Numbered from the stretch's first letter, positions 12,261 through 24,886 are shown. The stretch: 64,000 nucleotides of DNA from Octopus vulgaris (GCA_951406725.2 OX597828.1:34038001-34102000), one strand, 5' to 3'. Notes: generated by a model from the sequence alone, not told the origin. Translations and numbers: made by a program.

Positions 12261-12500
12261 TCTAACAATTCTGCCAGCTTGCTAACAATTCTGCCAGCTT
12301 GCTAACAATTCTGTCAGCTTGCTAACAATTCTGTCAGCTTGCTAACAATTCTGCCAGCTTTCTAACAATTCTGCCAGCTTGCTAACAATTCTGCCAGCAT
12401 GCTGACAATTCTGTCAGCTTGCTAACAATTCTGTCAGCTTGCTAACAAGTCTGCCAGCATGCTGACAATTCTGTCAGCTTGCTAACAATTCTGCCAGCTT
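12241..12500. repeat. 20-bp minisatellite (gctaacaattctgccagctt) x13
   Basis: Thirteen in-register units with few variants (ctgtc, ctgac). Confidence 0.95.
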
Positions 12501-13230
12501 TATTATACAATAAATACTGATATACAAGATTTTTATTTATTTAATTATGCAAACAATAATCAAAATTAAGTTTAGCAAATGAATTCTTTCTCAGAATCTG
12601 TACCTGTACGATTTTCTTTTTTTTTTTTGTTGGGTGAGGAAAATTCTTTGTTTCCTTTCTTTTGGTTTCTATCACTTGATATGTTGCAATGAGTCTGTTT
12701 TGTACACATCCACAAGTTGTTGACTCGGTACTGTGAGAAGGGGAATTTGGCAAGTCAACAACATGTGGATGTGTGCACCACACACAAAAACTTCAAAGTA
12801 TCAGGAAGGAAACAGGTGTTGAAGACAATAGGTGTAAAAAAATATATTAACATGGTTATCAAAAAAGACATCATGATTCAATATTATTATATTCATTTAT
12901 TAATCAATACTGTTGATGCAATGATGGATTGATTAATGGATTGGATCATTAAACTCCATTTTATGTTTTGTGGTTGTTAATTTACACTTTGTTTTTTGTT
13001 TGTTTGCTTTGTCACAGAGGATTCCACACCAATCAACAAGAGTCATATTCTTACCTGAATACAGATCTTGCAACTGACACATGCAAAATTGTTAAAGATG
13101 AGAAAACTACGGGAATTAAAAACATAACAGTAAACTACTATAAAAGCACATAGAATTTGTGTGTGTGTATATATATATGTATATATGAATGTTAAATGTT
13201 TTTGTATATATGTGTGTGCATATATGTATG

Positions 13231-13309
<79 letters not shown>

Positions 13310-13359
13310 TGATAGAAAAATGTACCTCCACCAACTACTCTGCCTATATATCTGCGCTT

Positions 13360-13545
13360 GCCTTTCAATGCTGCTTATGCCATAAGATCTGAAAATCTAA
13401 TTGAAGGTTTCTAAAGACATTTTAAGATTCACAAAGATCAGAACTAAACTGCAGCTCTTCATGGTCCAAAGCAGATATGCAATCTATGTGGGTGTCTTTT
13501 CAATACGTTGTCTGGTTTAAAAAGCCACATCAGACCCCATGATGT
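13360..13545 (+). pseudogene. Decayed double C2H2 zinc-finger segment, probably the C-terminus of an RTE-type LINE ORF
   Basis: [17 protein letters not shown] and QICNLCGCLFNTLSGLKSHIRPH, with stops and frameshifts, between (TA)n tracts. Confidence 0.5.
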
Positions 13546-13591
13546 AAGTACAAGAGGTAGTCAGACTCTGCATAAGGAGTAGATGACCACC

Positions 13592-13646
<55 letters not shown>

Positions 13647-14640
13647 TTGGAGGTGACTCCTGGTCATCAGCGTCACTCAAGTTCATTACAGATTTCTCAT
13701 AAGACACATGCCTGCTCGAAGAATTTCACATTTTTCTGAAATATTTCTAACCTCAAATGGCTTATTTGTTTTATATCTAGCACTATGTCTTTCTCTATTT
13801 CTAAGTTAAGGGTTAAAATAAAGCAATCCTGCAAAACACAACTGATCTTTGCACACAGACACACAGAACAACAGCAATCAAATAATGACCACGGAGTGCA
13901 CAGCAAACATCACCGATCTGACTGTTGTCTGTCCTCTTGCCCTGAGATGCCAGTTAGTCTTTTACACCTACCAGGCTCGTTCGTATTAGCCTGAGTGAGT
14001 TGCTGGATAATTTTTCATTCCTTTAAGAATATTGTAGAACGGAAACTATTCATATATTGGAATTTAAATCCTAATCTCTATAGAAATTTATTGTTTCAAG
14101 AAAAAATTTAATTTGAATTACTTTTAATTTTTACGATTATAGATAACAACTCGGGCTGTAACTTCTGAGCCTGAGTCAGGTGTGTGTGAACGATGTCAAG
14201 AGAATGTCTGCTACGAATGATATTTTTTTACACAGGGCACCTCTAAGACGACAACCAGATGCTGAACGCAAATAAATGAACTGCGACCAGGCTCAATAAA
14301 AGGAGCCTGAGTTATCGGCTGCAATTACATAATTGAAGTCAGTGTTGGCAGAAATTAAATCATAACACCTTGATTGAGTTAGCTTCCCTATTGCGCTTGA
14401 AGGTTTCCAGAATCATTCCTCTGCAGCAGTTGAATTGGCAAAAAAGAAAATTCTTGGCTATGTTGTCTGTTGTTTAAATTCATTTTGTTTTCTGGCCTGA
14501 AGTTACATCTTTGTATCTGAGACCTTTGGGCTCAAAATGTCAATTGGTTAAAATGTCATTTGCTTTATGGAAGAAAGAACAAGAGAGAGAGAAAGGTGGG
14601 GAAGAGGATGTGAGAGAGAGGGAGAAGAAGAAAGAGAGAA

Positions 14641-14686
<46 letters not shown>

Positions 14687-14849
14687 TGACTGAGAAAAAT
14701 TCTTTACATTGTTACAACTTCTCTTATAAAGTTTCATATTGTCGGTATTTCCTACTCATTCTTTCTCAAAATAAAAAATTACTAAGACAATCACACCTTG
14801 TCAGGAAGCTATGGAAGATACTTAGATTTCATAAACATACATAAATAAG

Positions 14850-14933
<84 letters not shown>

Positions 14934-15342
14934 CATAACTGTATTTATTCATGTATAAGTCACATCCCTAATTTAGTGGTGGATCTTGGTCCCTGAATTT
15001 TTTCCCTTCATAGTTTTTGCTCTGCTCTGTATGTAAGTTGCATCCCAGCTTCTTTGGTTAAAATGAAGTATAAAATAGCGATGGTGTGACTTGTACATAA
15101 GTACGTATGATATGTGTGTGTCTGTATGAAAGTCTCGTCTATTTTTTTGATTATTATAAATCTTTGGGATGTAGTTAACACAGACAAATGCATGCATGTA
15201 TGTATGTATGTATGTATGTATGTATGTATGTATGTATGTATGCATGTATGCATGCATGTACGTATGTATGTACGTATGTATGTATGTATGTATGTATGTA
15301 TGTATGTATGTATGTATGTATGTATGTATGTATGTATGTATG

Positions 15343-15565
15343 TGTAGCGGTAGCTGATATCCTCACTGTTTGAGAGACACAGCAGGAATGATCTCAATGA
15401 GATTACAGCCATCTTTGGCTGGGTTGTTCCTGTTGTGTCCACTGATCTGATTGGTTGACATGTGGCGCGGTTTGTCTCTACTTTATTTCGTGCCACTGTC
15501 CAAAGCCAACTAATCACGGCTCCTGTTGTGTCTCTCAAACAGTGAGGATATCAGCTACCGCTACA
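15343..15565. mobile_element. MITE with ~45-bp TIRs, TGT...ACA ends and an apparent 4-bp TSD (Ginger-like)
   Basis: tgtagcggtagctgatatcctcactgtttgagagacac.. / ..gtgtctctcaaacagtgaggatatcagctaccgctaca, flanked by tatg on both sides inside (TATG)n. Confidence 0.8.
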
Positions 15566-15970
15566 TATGTATGTATATATGTATATATGTATGTATGTAT
15601 GTATGCATGTATGTATGTATGTATGTATGTATATATGGTGAGAATTTACAGTTAGGTATATTTGAAGAAGGAAAAGAATGACTTCACTGGTAGTTCTAAT
15701 CAATTTAATTTTCTAATAATATAATTTGACAGTTTGGCTTGTAGATCTAGAACTGAAAAATTTATATTATATTATTAGAAAATCAAATTGATTAGAACTA
15801 CCTTTTTCAAATATATATACATATGTGCATATAAAGATTACAGCGAATGGAAAATCCAAAGTTTTGGATAGAATTCTTCAAATAAAAGTTGAAAGGAGAG
15901 GAATTAATGGGACACAGCAGCGTAAAATAAGACTTTGCTGCCTTTCATTAATTTTTCTCCTTTCAAATTT

Positions 15971-16003
15971 TCTCTGAAGAAGGACTCTGTCTGAAACGTT
16001 GGA
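15971..16003 (+). ncRNA. Minimal hammerhead-ribozyme-like motif (Penelope-type)
   Basis: ucu CUGAAGA a ggac-ucu-gucu GAAAC GUU gga. It forms one arm of an inverted pair at 15845-16014. Confidence 0.55.
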
Positions 16004-16281
16004 TTTTCCATTCCTCACTGCAGGTTCATTGGACTCTTTGTATCATTTTTACTTTATAATATCAGTCTTGCTAATGCAGACCAACACTAGCCTCTTTAGA
16101 GAATGTCAGATCATATGCATGTGTGTGAGTGTCTGTGTGAGTGTGTGTGTGTGCGCGCGTGTGTGTGTGTGTGTGTGTGTATGGATGCACATATCATCAA
16201 CAGTATTAGACAGCAAGTATGGATTAGTTAGATAAGACTGAAAAGAGCAAGTCTTGAGATCTTGCCTATTAGCATAAATAC

Positions 16282-16409
16282 CTTTCCATCCGTTATAGCA
16301 GAAGTAATGAAAGCTTGTGTTCAGTTGTTTCAAAGCACTCTGTCTAGTTGTCTGACCACAAGAACCTTCAATTCTGTCCATGCAGTATACAATATCAGTC
16401 TGCAAGACC
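16282..16409 (-). CDS. Cys-scaffold/NDY-rich protein, internal exon (VLQTDIVYCMDRIEGSCGQ...FHYFCYNGWK)
   Basis: Acceptor ttttaatgtag|G (phase 2, completes CAG); donor AAAG|gtattt (phase 1, G+AT = Asp joining the exon at 9389). 128 bp, open. Confidence 0.82.
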
Positions 16410-16474
16410 CTACATTAAAACATTGCAAAAATATTCTTTCAATGCTTAGAATGGTAGTTTTAATTTTGAAATTA

Positions 16475-17600
16475 TTAGGTTGTCAAGAAAGTTCTTGCAG
16501 TTTTTAACCTTTAAATTCAGATGCACATATCTCAACTCAAACGAAACTTTATTGATCAAAATAAACACCATCAGAATCAACACAGTTTTGCCAATGCGAA
16601 ACAAGTTTATTTATGCCAGTAGCGTAAAAATCCTGCTTTGTGGTGGCGATGAAGTCACTGAAGGTGTGTTTGGCATCGTCTTGGATTTTGTAACATTTCT
16701 GACGCAGGAAGTTGCTGAGATGCTTGAAAAAGTGGTAGTCGGTAGGCGAGAGGTTTGATGAGTGTGGCAGATGAGGCAGAGTTTTGTAGCCCAATTCGTT
16801 CAACTTCTGCAGGATCAGTTGTGCAACATGGGGCCGAGTGTTGTGGAAAAGAATTGGTCCTTTTCTATTGACCAATGCTGGCTATTGTCAGAGTTTCTTA
16901 TGCATTTCATCCATTTACTGACAGTACTTCTCTGCTGTAATGGTTTCACCTGGATCCAAAAAGCTGTAATGGATGAGACCAGCCACAAGCCACCAAGCAG
17001 TCACCATGGCCTTCTTTTCGTGAAACTTTGGCTTCGAGAAGTGCCGTGGAGCTTCGTCCAACCACTGAACTGAGCATCGCCGGTTGTCGTAAAGAATCCA
17101 CTTTTCATCGCAAGTCACAATCCAGTTGAGAAATGGGTCATTCTTGTTGTGTAAAAGTAGGGAAGACAATGCTTCAAAACAGGGTTTTTGTTTTGGCTGT
17201 TGTTCAATTCGTGCAGCACCCATTTTTCAAGTATTTTTGTTTTTTCAATCTCTTTCAAGTGGTTGGAAATTGTTGTATATGTTACGTCTAATTCAGAAGC
17301 AAGCTCTATAACAGTTGTGCATGGATTGACTTCGACTAAGGCTCTTAGTTGATTGTTGCCAACATCTGATGGCCGACCACTATGCTTATCATCTTCAAGA
17401 CTTTCGTCACTGCTATGAAATTTCTTGAATCACCATCGAGCTGTACATTCATTAGTGGTTCCTGGGCCAAATGCATCGTTGATATCATGAGCTGTTTCAG
17501 CAGCTTTTCGGCCTAGCTTGAACTAGAATAAGAAAATTGTGCGAATTTGCTTTTTGTCCATGTTGTATTCAACATTCCGGAAAAAATGGTCTAATTATTC
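16475..17600 (-). mobile_element. Degenerate mariner, cecropia (Hsmar1-like) subfamily
   Basis: Starts MDKKQIRTIFLF*FKLGRKAAETAHDINDAFGPGTTNE at 17561; also [24 protein letters not shown] and LPHSSNLSPTDYHFFKHL. One TIR, ta|ttaggttgtcaagaaagtt, at 16475; the other end was not found. Confidence 0.88.
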
Positions 17601-18427
17601 AAACTATGTTGGCATAGGTAAGACTGTTTGACTGGAGCTGGTAAACCGGAGAGCTGCACCAGACTCTGCTCTGTTTTGGCTTGGTTTCTCCAGCTAGATA
17701 CCCTTCCCTACTCCAACCACTGTACAGAGTGCACTGGGTATACTTTACATGTCACCAGCCTGAGTGCCTTTTGCATATTACTGGCACAGGTGCCTTTTAT
17801 GTGTCACCGTCACAGGTCACGCCCACGATTTCACTTAGCTTGATGTATCTTCTCAAGCACAGCAAATCGCCAGTATGTATGTATGCATGTGTGTGTGTGT
17901 GTGTGTGCACGTGTGTATGTGTGTGTGTGTGTGTGTGTATTTGTGTGTCTCCTTGTCTTGACATCATGTACTGCTTGTAAACAAGCATCACTGTCATACA
18001 AGCAGTGTTGTTCCTTTCAAGTCTTCTGTGAAAAATATCTTTGGCCATGGGAAACTATTACCTTGCTGGGAAATAGGTGATGGTTGGCCACAGGAAGAGC
18101 ATCCAGCCATACAAAATCAGCCACAACAAATTCTGTCTGACTCATGCAAGCAAGGAAAAGTGGACATAAAATGATGATGAGGTTTTAGATATTTGGATAT
18201 TTCTCAAGATAAGTTATGTTAGAATCTTTGAACAGTTTTGGAATTATTTATCACATGTTGTTATCTTTCAGGGAAGTGTGGGGCTTATGGTAGGGTTGGA
18301 GTTGGGGGTGGCATGAAGTCAGAACTTATTATTGTAGGTAAGATGGCAGAGAGAGCAGGACATTGAAATTCTTCATTGGAAATGTAGGATCACCACGTAT
18401 TTCTCTTTTACAAATGCAACATGAACA

Positions 18428-18780
18428 TCACCACCACCACCAATAACACCACAACCACCACCACCACCACCACCAATACCACCACCACCAACAACACCAC
18501 CACCACCACCACCACTACCACCACCACCACCACCACCACTACCACCATCGTCGTCACCACCACCACCGCCGTTGCCGCCACCACCACCACCACCACCACT
18601 ACCACCATCGCCGTCACCACCACCACTGCCGTTGCCGCTGCCGCCACCACCACCACCACCACCACCACAACTACCACCATCACCGCCGCCACCACCACCA
18701 CCTCCACCGCCGCCACCACCACCACCACCACCACCACCACCACCACCACCACCACCACCACCACCACCATCATCATCATT
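18428..18780. repeat. Degenerate (ACC)n/(GCC)n trinucleotide tract
   Basis: Directly visible; produces spurious poly-T, poly-P and poly-V ORFs. Confidence 0.95.
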
Positions 18781-20060
18781 TAGCTGTTGTTATCTTACAC
18801 CATGGATTTGACAATAATGGCACCCCATTCATGGTGAAATTTGTCAAAACAATCCATGGTTGTGAACAGATGTTGACTGTATCTTCTCATTAAGCTCGCT
18901 AATTGTCCTCTTCATACTCTAAGAATTATTTGATGTGTTTGATGTTTACATAGCAAGACATTCCAACCAATGTCCAAATGACTGTCAGATAGCAACCTTC
19001 TTCATTATCATCATCATCAGCAGCATTTTAACAATCATTTTTCTATACTAACATGGGTAGACAGAATTTGCCAAAGCATATTTTCTACAGCTGGATGCTC
19101 TTTCTGTCACTAACCCACGCCTATTTCTAAGCAAGTTAATATTTCCCTGTGGCCAGACATGTTTTCATGGGAGACTGGAAATGGATGACACCATCTGTAA
19201 GACAGTGATGCTTGTTTACAACTATCATGTGATGGCAAGATAAAGAAATGCACACACACACATAAACACAGAGGTAAATATATGATGGGCTTTTTTCAGT
19301 TTCCATCTACTAAATTCACTCAAAAAGGCTTTGTTTGGTTCAGGGTTGTAGTTGAAGACACTTGCCCAATGTGCCAAATTGTGGGACTGAACCCAAAACC
19401 ACATGGTTGGAAAGTGGACTTCTTAACCCCTCAGACTTGCCTTCATTTATTCTTCATAATATTGGTTCCAAATTTTGGCACAAGGCCAGAAATTTTGAGG
19501 TGAGTGGGTAAGTCAATTACATCGACCTCAGTACCCAACTGGTATTTATTTTATCAACCCCTAAAGAATGAAAGGTAAAGTTGACCCTGGTGGAATTTGA
19601 ACTCAGAACATAAAGACAGATGAAATGCCGCCGAGCTTTTCATCTGGCATGCTAACAATTCTGCCAGCTCACCCATTTCTTTATTAACCATAATATTCCT
19701 TTCCACTCTAGGCACAAAGCCTGAAATTTTGGGGGAGGGTGCCAGTCGATTTGATTGACCCCAGTACACAACGAGTACTTAATTTATCGACCCTGAAAAG
19801 ATGAAAGGCAAAGTCGACCTTGGTGGAATTTGAACTCAGAATCTAAAGACAGACGAAATACCGCTAAGCATGCTAAAAATTCTGCCAGTTCACCATTTTG
19901 TTTATTAACCAGGATATTAAAACAAATATTTTTTTGACATTTCTCAAAGATTAATATAATCATTTCAATTTTTTGGTTTCATTTCATTTGATTTTTGTGT
20001 GTGTGTGATTCAAGAATTAATTGAAAAGATTAAAAAATGAAAAATAAATGGAAAACTTAC

Positions 20061-20229
20061 TGGCACATATTATCAAAATCTTGTTTGTTGAATTGCAGGT
20101 GAGAAGTTCGTCTGAGACGATGGTACTGCTGTTTCATAGTCTGGTAAGCTGGATAGAAACAGCTCATCATTGACTGTGTGATACAGGTCCCCATGGTGGT
20201 AGTGGACTGTTCCATACTATGGCCACAGA
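20061..20229 (-). CDS. Cys-scaffold/NDY-rich protein, most upstream exon found ([30 protein letters not shown]...QDFDNMC)
   Basis: Acceptor cttccttgcag| (phase 1); donor TGCCA|gtaagt (phase 2). 169 bp, open, complex sequence amid microsatellites. Confidence 0.82.
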
Positions 20230-20395
20230 CTGCAAGGAAGCAATATATATATACATGATGTGTGTGTGTATAATGTATAATGTATGCAAATGAATTAATG
20301 CTTATAAAAATGAAAATGTTTCCAACGTCGCTAAATGTAAGAAAGAGAAATATGTATATATAATTATACTTGCAAACATATATGCATAAATATAT

Positions 20396-20456
<61 letters not shown>

Positions 20457-20606
20457 TACATACATACATACATACATACATACATACATACATACATACA
20501 CACATATGGATATACATATGTAAATACATATATATATATATATATATTTGTACATACATATGGATGTACATATGTACATACATACATATATATATATATA
20601 TGTACA

Positions 20607-20666
<60 letters not shown>

Positions 20667-20670
<4 letters not shown>

Positions 20671-20927
20671 ATGTGTGTATATATGTATGTACATATATAT
20701 CATCATCATCATCATGCTAGCTTTCCATGCTAGCATGGGTTGGACGAGGTCAACTGGGGTCTGTGAAGCTGGAAGGCTTCGTCAGGCCCAGCCAGATCTG
20801 ACTGGGCCTGACGAAGCCTTCCAGCTTCACAGACCCCAGTTGACTCGTCCAACCCATGCTAGCATGGAAAGCGGACGCTAAATGATGATGATGATATATA
20901 TGTACATACATATATACACACATTGCA
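20667..20927. repeat. ~260-bp near-perfect palindrome centred on cagatctg (20793-20800)
   Basis: The arms mirror each other through the RTE-tail repeat, its (CAT)n tail and the flank tgcaatgtgtgtatatatgtatgtacatatat. Confidence 0.9.
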
Positions 20928-22273
20928 AGAAGCAGCCAGGTTTCTTTCTTTTAACAATTTACATTCTTCAAACAGCACAAGGGAATGTGTTGACAATAAA
21001 ATAGGAATTTTGAAAGAAGTTTCTATAAAACTAGTTTTTAAACATCAAATGGCTATGGGGATCCACCAGAATGAAATAGTAATCAAAGGTGTGTATAGAA
21101 AGAAAAATGGTTGAGAACTCCTGATGTAGAGCAAGCAAGGACAACCTTTATCAAAAAGTGGGAAACAAAGGACATGGGCTCATCATCGAGCAGCCCCCCC
21201 CCCCCCCGCTGCTAAAAAATATTCAAGGTAATTTATCATTAGACATGCCATTCAAAAGTCTTGTGGGTCACATTTTGCCTATGACTGATATGAAGGTTCA
21301 TTGATTTGCCCATTGTTGTTGTTATTTTGTTTTTGTAATCTTTGTTCTTGTTGGCACCATCAGCCTTAAAAGATTACACTGCATTGCATTATAATGACCT
21401 TTCCTATTGATTCTTGGTGCGAACTGATATAAACTGTATGGACCTATTTTCGACTCATTGTTCTCTACTTGTTATTTCAACAAATAATAACAGAATTCTT
21501 TGTTGTTTCAACAAATGAAGAACATAGAACTCTGTAATCATTCCTGACAATTACTTCTCAACCAATTTGCTTCTCCAATGTCCATTTTTACTTCTTAGCT
21601 TTAATGTTTTTTTCGGAGTTTTTTTTTTTGTTTCGTTTTTGGAATTCAAACTTGGCAGATGTTTCGTTAATGGCTAAATTGAGACATAATTAAGTATTTA
21701 TCTAGTGTTCTTTGTTATTTTGTAGACAAGCAGTCTTCAAGAACTATTATCACCTCTTCAAATACTGTTCTACAAAATAAAATATCTTGTGTTAACATTT
21801 GTCTGTACATATATATATATATATATACATAGGTGTACTTATAAATATCTGTGTGTATGTATGTATGTGTGTATGTACAAGTGTGTGTATGCATCGGTAT
21901 ATGCATGTGTGTATGCATGTGTATGTATATATATATATATATGCAATATAAGAATGTATAAGTGGATGAAGATATCCTTATATGTACATGCACACATTTG
22001 TAAAAATTTGTGAGTAGATGTGGATATGTGTATGTATGATTAAATGTTTGCCTATATGTATATATATATATATGTATACACACATACATGCACACACATG
22101 CACACACACACATGCACACTCACATACATACACACAGAGGCATGGGTTTGCAGTTAAGAAACTTGCTTTGGATTTATGAGGTCTTGGGTTCAGTCCTACT
22201 ATGCAACACCTTGAGCAAGTATTTTCTACAATAACTCCAGGCCAACCAATGCCTTGTGAGTGGATTTGGTATG

Positions 22274-22345
<72 letters not shown>

Positions 22346-22375
22346 TATATACATACATACACACACATATATATA

Positions 22376-23824
22376 TCATCATCATCATAATGGTTTAACA
22401 TCCGTTTTCTGTGCTAGCACGGGTTGCATAGTTCGACTGGGGTCTGGGAAGCCAGAAGGCTGCACCAGGCTCCAGTCTGATCTGATAGTGTTTCTACAGC
22501 TAGATGCCCTTCCTAACGCCAACCACTCTGTGAGTGCAGTGGGTGCTTTTTACGTGCCACCAGCACAGGTAACATGACTACAATTTCCATTTGATATTTA
22601 TTTTGATGTTGATGTACTTGACTCAATAGGTCTCCTCAAGCACAGCAGGTCACCCTACGATCCAAGGTAAGCACAGCAGGTCGTTCTGCAATCCAAGGTA
22701 CTTTGGATGGGCTGGGGCTGCTATGCGAAACTGGTGCGGGAAACAGCCATGAACTCACTTTATTTGTCGGGTCTTCGCAGTCACAGCATATCTCCAGAGA
22801 TCTCTGTCTTTCGTCATTGCCTCTGTGAGACCCAATGTCATGCTTGACCACCTCATCCCATGTCTTCCTGGGTCTACCTCTCCCCCGGATTCCTTCAACT
22901 GTTTTGGAGTGGCTCTTCTTCACACATCTCTCCTCATCCATCCTTTGTACATAACCATACTAGTGCAAACGTTTCTCTTGCACACCACATCCAATGCTTC
23001 TTATGTCCAACATTTCTCTCAGAGCACTTACACTCTGTCGTGTGTGCACACTGACATTACACATCCAGCAGATCATGCTAGCTTCATTTCTTTCAAGCCT
23101 ATGCATGTCCTCTGCAGACACAGCCCATGTTTCACTACCGTGAAGCATGGCAGTTCATACACATGCGTCGTACAATCTACCTTTCACTCTGAGCGAGAGA
23201 CCCTTTGTCACCAGTAGGGGTAGAAGCTTTCTAAACTCTGCCCAGGCTGTTCGTATTCTAGTGGTGACACTCTCTGAGCATCCACCTCCACTACTAACTT
23301 GGTCACCTAGATAGCAGAAACTATCAACTACTTCTAGTTTCTCCCCCTGGAGTGTGATGGAATCTGTTTTCTGAGTATCTGTGGTGACTATTGCCCCTGT
23401 GCAACTGCCACACATGAAAGCTATCTTCTCGGTTAATTTTTCCTTTGATGTTACTGCACCTCTTATGCGTCCATAGCTTACACTGGGTACATCTTATGGA
23501 GTTTCTACCTACACCTTTTCTACAGATCGAGCAGGGCCACCTACCTTAGGGGGTGTGTGATGAGTTCGCCTTCCTACTTACTAGAACTTTGGTCTTTGCT
23601 ACATTGACTCTAAGGCCTTTTGATTCTAAACCTAGCTTCCACACCCGAAATTTCTTTTCTAGTTCCGGTAGTGATTCTGCTATGAGGGCCAGGTCATCGG
23701 CATAGAGGAGCTCCCAGGGGAAACTTGTCTTGAATTCCTCTGTTATTGCCTGGAGGACTATGATAAATAAAAGGGGACTAAGGGCTGAACCTTGGTGGAC
23801 CCCTACTTCTACCCGGAATTCTTC
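22376..23824 (-). mobile_element. 5'-truncated, decayed RTE-clade LINE (RT C-terminal half, PHD-like finger, 3' UTR)
   Basis: GVHQGSALSPLLF, LLYADDLAL, GLRVNVAKTKVL, FCYLGD, HGSETW and GRGRPRKTW; ends in an (ATG)n tail. Confidence 0.92.
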
Positions 23825-24634
23825 ATATATATATATATATATATATATTTTACCTTTCATCTTTTACCTGTTAAAGTTATTGGAAGAAAGAATGAAAGAA
23901 AGAAAGCAATGAAGTAAGCTAGAAAGAAAGAAGAAAAGAAAAAGGTTCAAAGTAAGAAAAATAAGTGAAAGAAAAAAACTGAAAAAAAGAAAATGAATGA
24001 ATGAGGAATTAAAGAAAAGAACTAAGAAAAATCGGAAAGAAAATAACTTACGAAAGAAAGAAGAAATAAAGAAGTGAAGACCTTTTTCATTCAATTTAAT
24101 CCCACTAAACTACTATGCAGGTGGGGTGGGGAAGTGGGGGGGCAGTTGTTTGTATCTGTTGCCTGTGCTTCTCTAGGCAGGGCTGTAGAAGACATCACAC
24201 ATTTAAAAAAAAACCAAAAAACAAAAAGATTTTAAACAGGTGATTAATGATTGTCTTGTTATATTGTAAAAGGTAAGTTGGTGCAGTTCATTGTCTGTAG
24301 GTGAAGAAATAAGAACTAAAAAAATACAACAATAAAAACCCCCCAAAACAAGAAATGAGAAAAATTACTCTCTAATTTCCTTTTCCCCCATCCCCCCAGT
24401 ATAATTGAGACAAAGATACAGATATATATACACACACACACTCACACGCACACACACACTCACACAAACACACACACATCTGTATAAACTAACAGCCATG
24501 AGTGTGTGTTAGATTAGTGCAAAAGGTGGCGGTGGTGGTGCGGTGGTGGGTGGTGAGTCGTTATCTGGAGGAAATAAATAAATACTTAAATAAATAAATG
24601 ACAATTCTCAAAGATTATCAAAATAAACTGAGTG

Positions 24635-24886
<252 letters not shown>

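Noticed and set aside
18408-18811. Mucin-like or poly-Pro ORFs
   Set aside because: An (ACC)n microsatellite open in several frames, with no splice or complexity support. The same applies to the poly-His/Asp ORFs at 30335-30898 and all YI/CV/HT ORFs.
23854-23867. Micro-exon with ATG AAA G as the first coding exon of the NDY-rich gene
   Set aside because: The phase fits, but it gives MKVCGHS with no signal peptide and the donor abuts (TA)n. Unsupported without transcripts.
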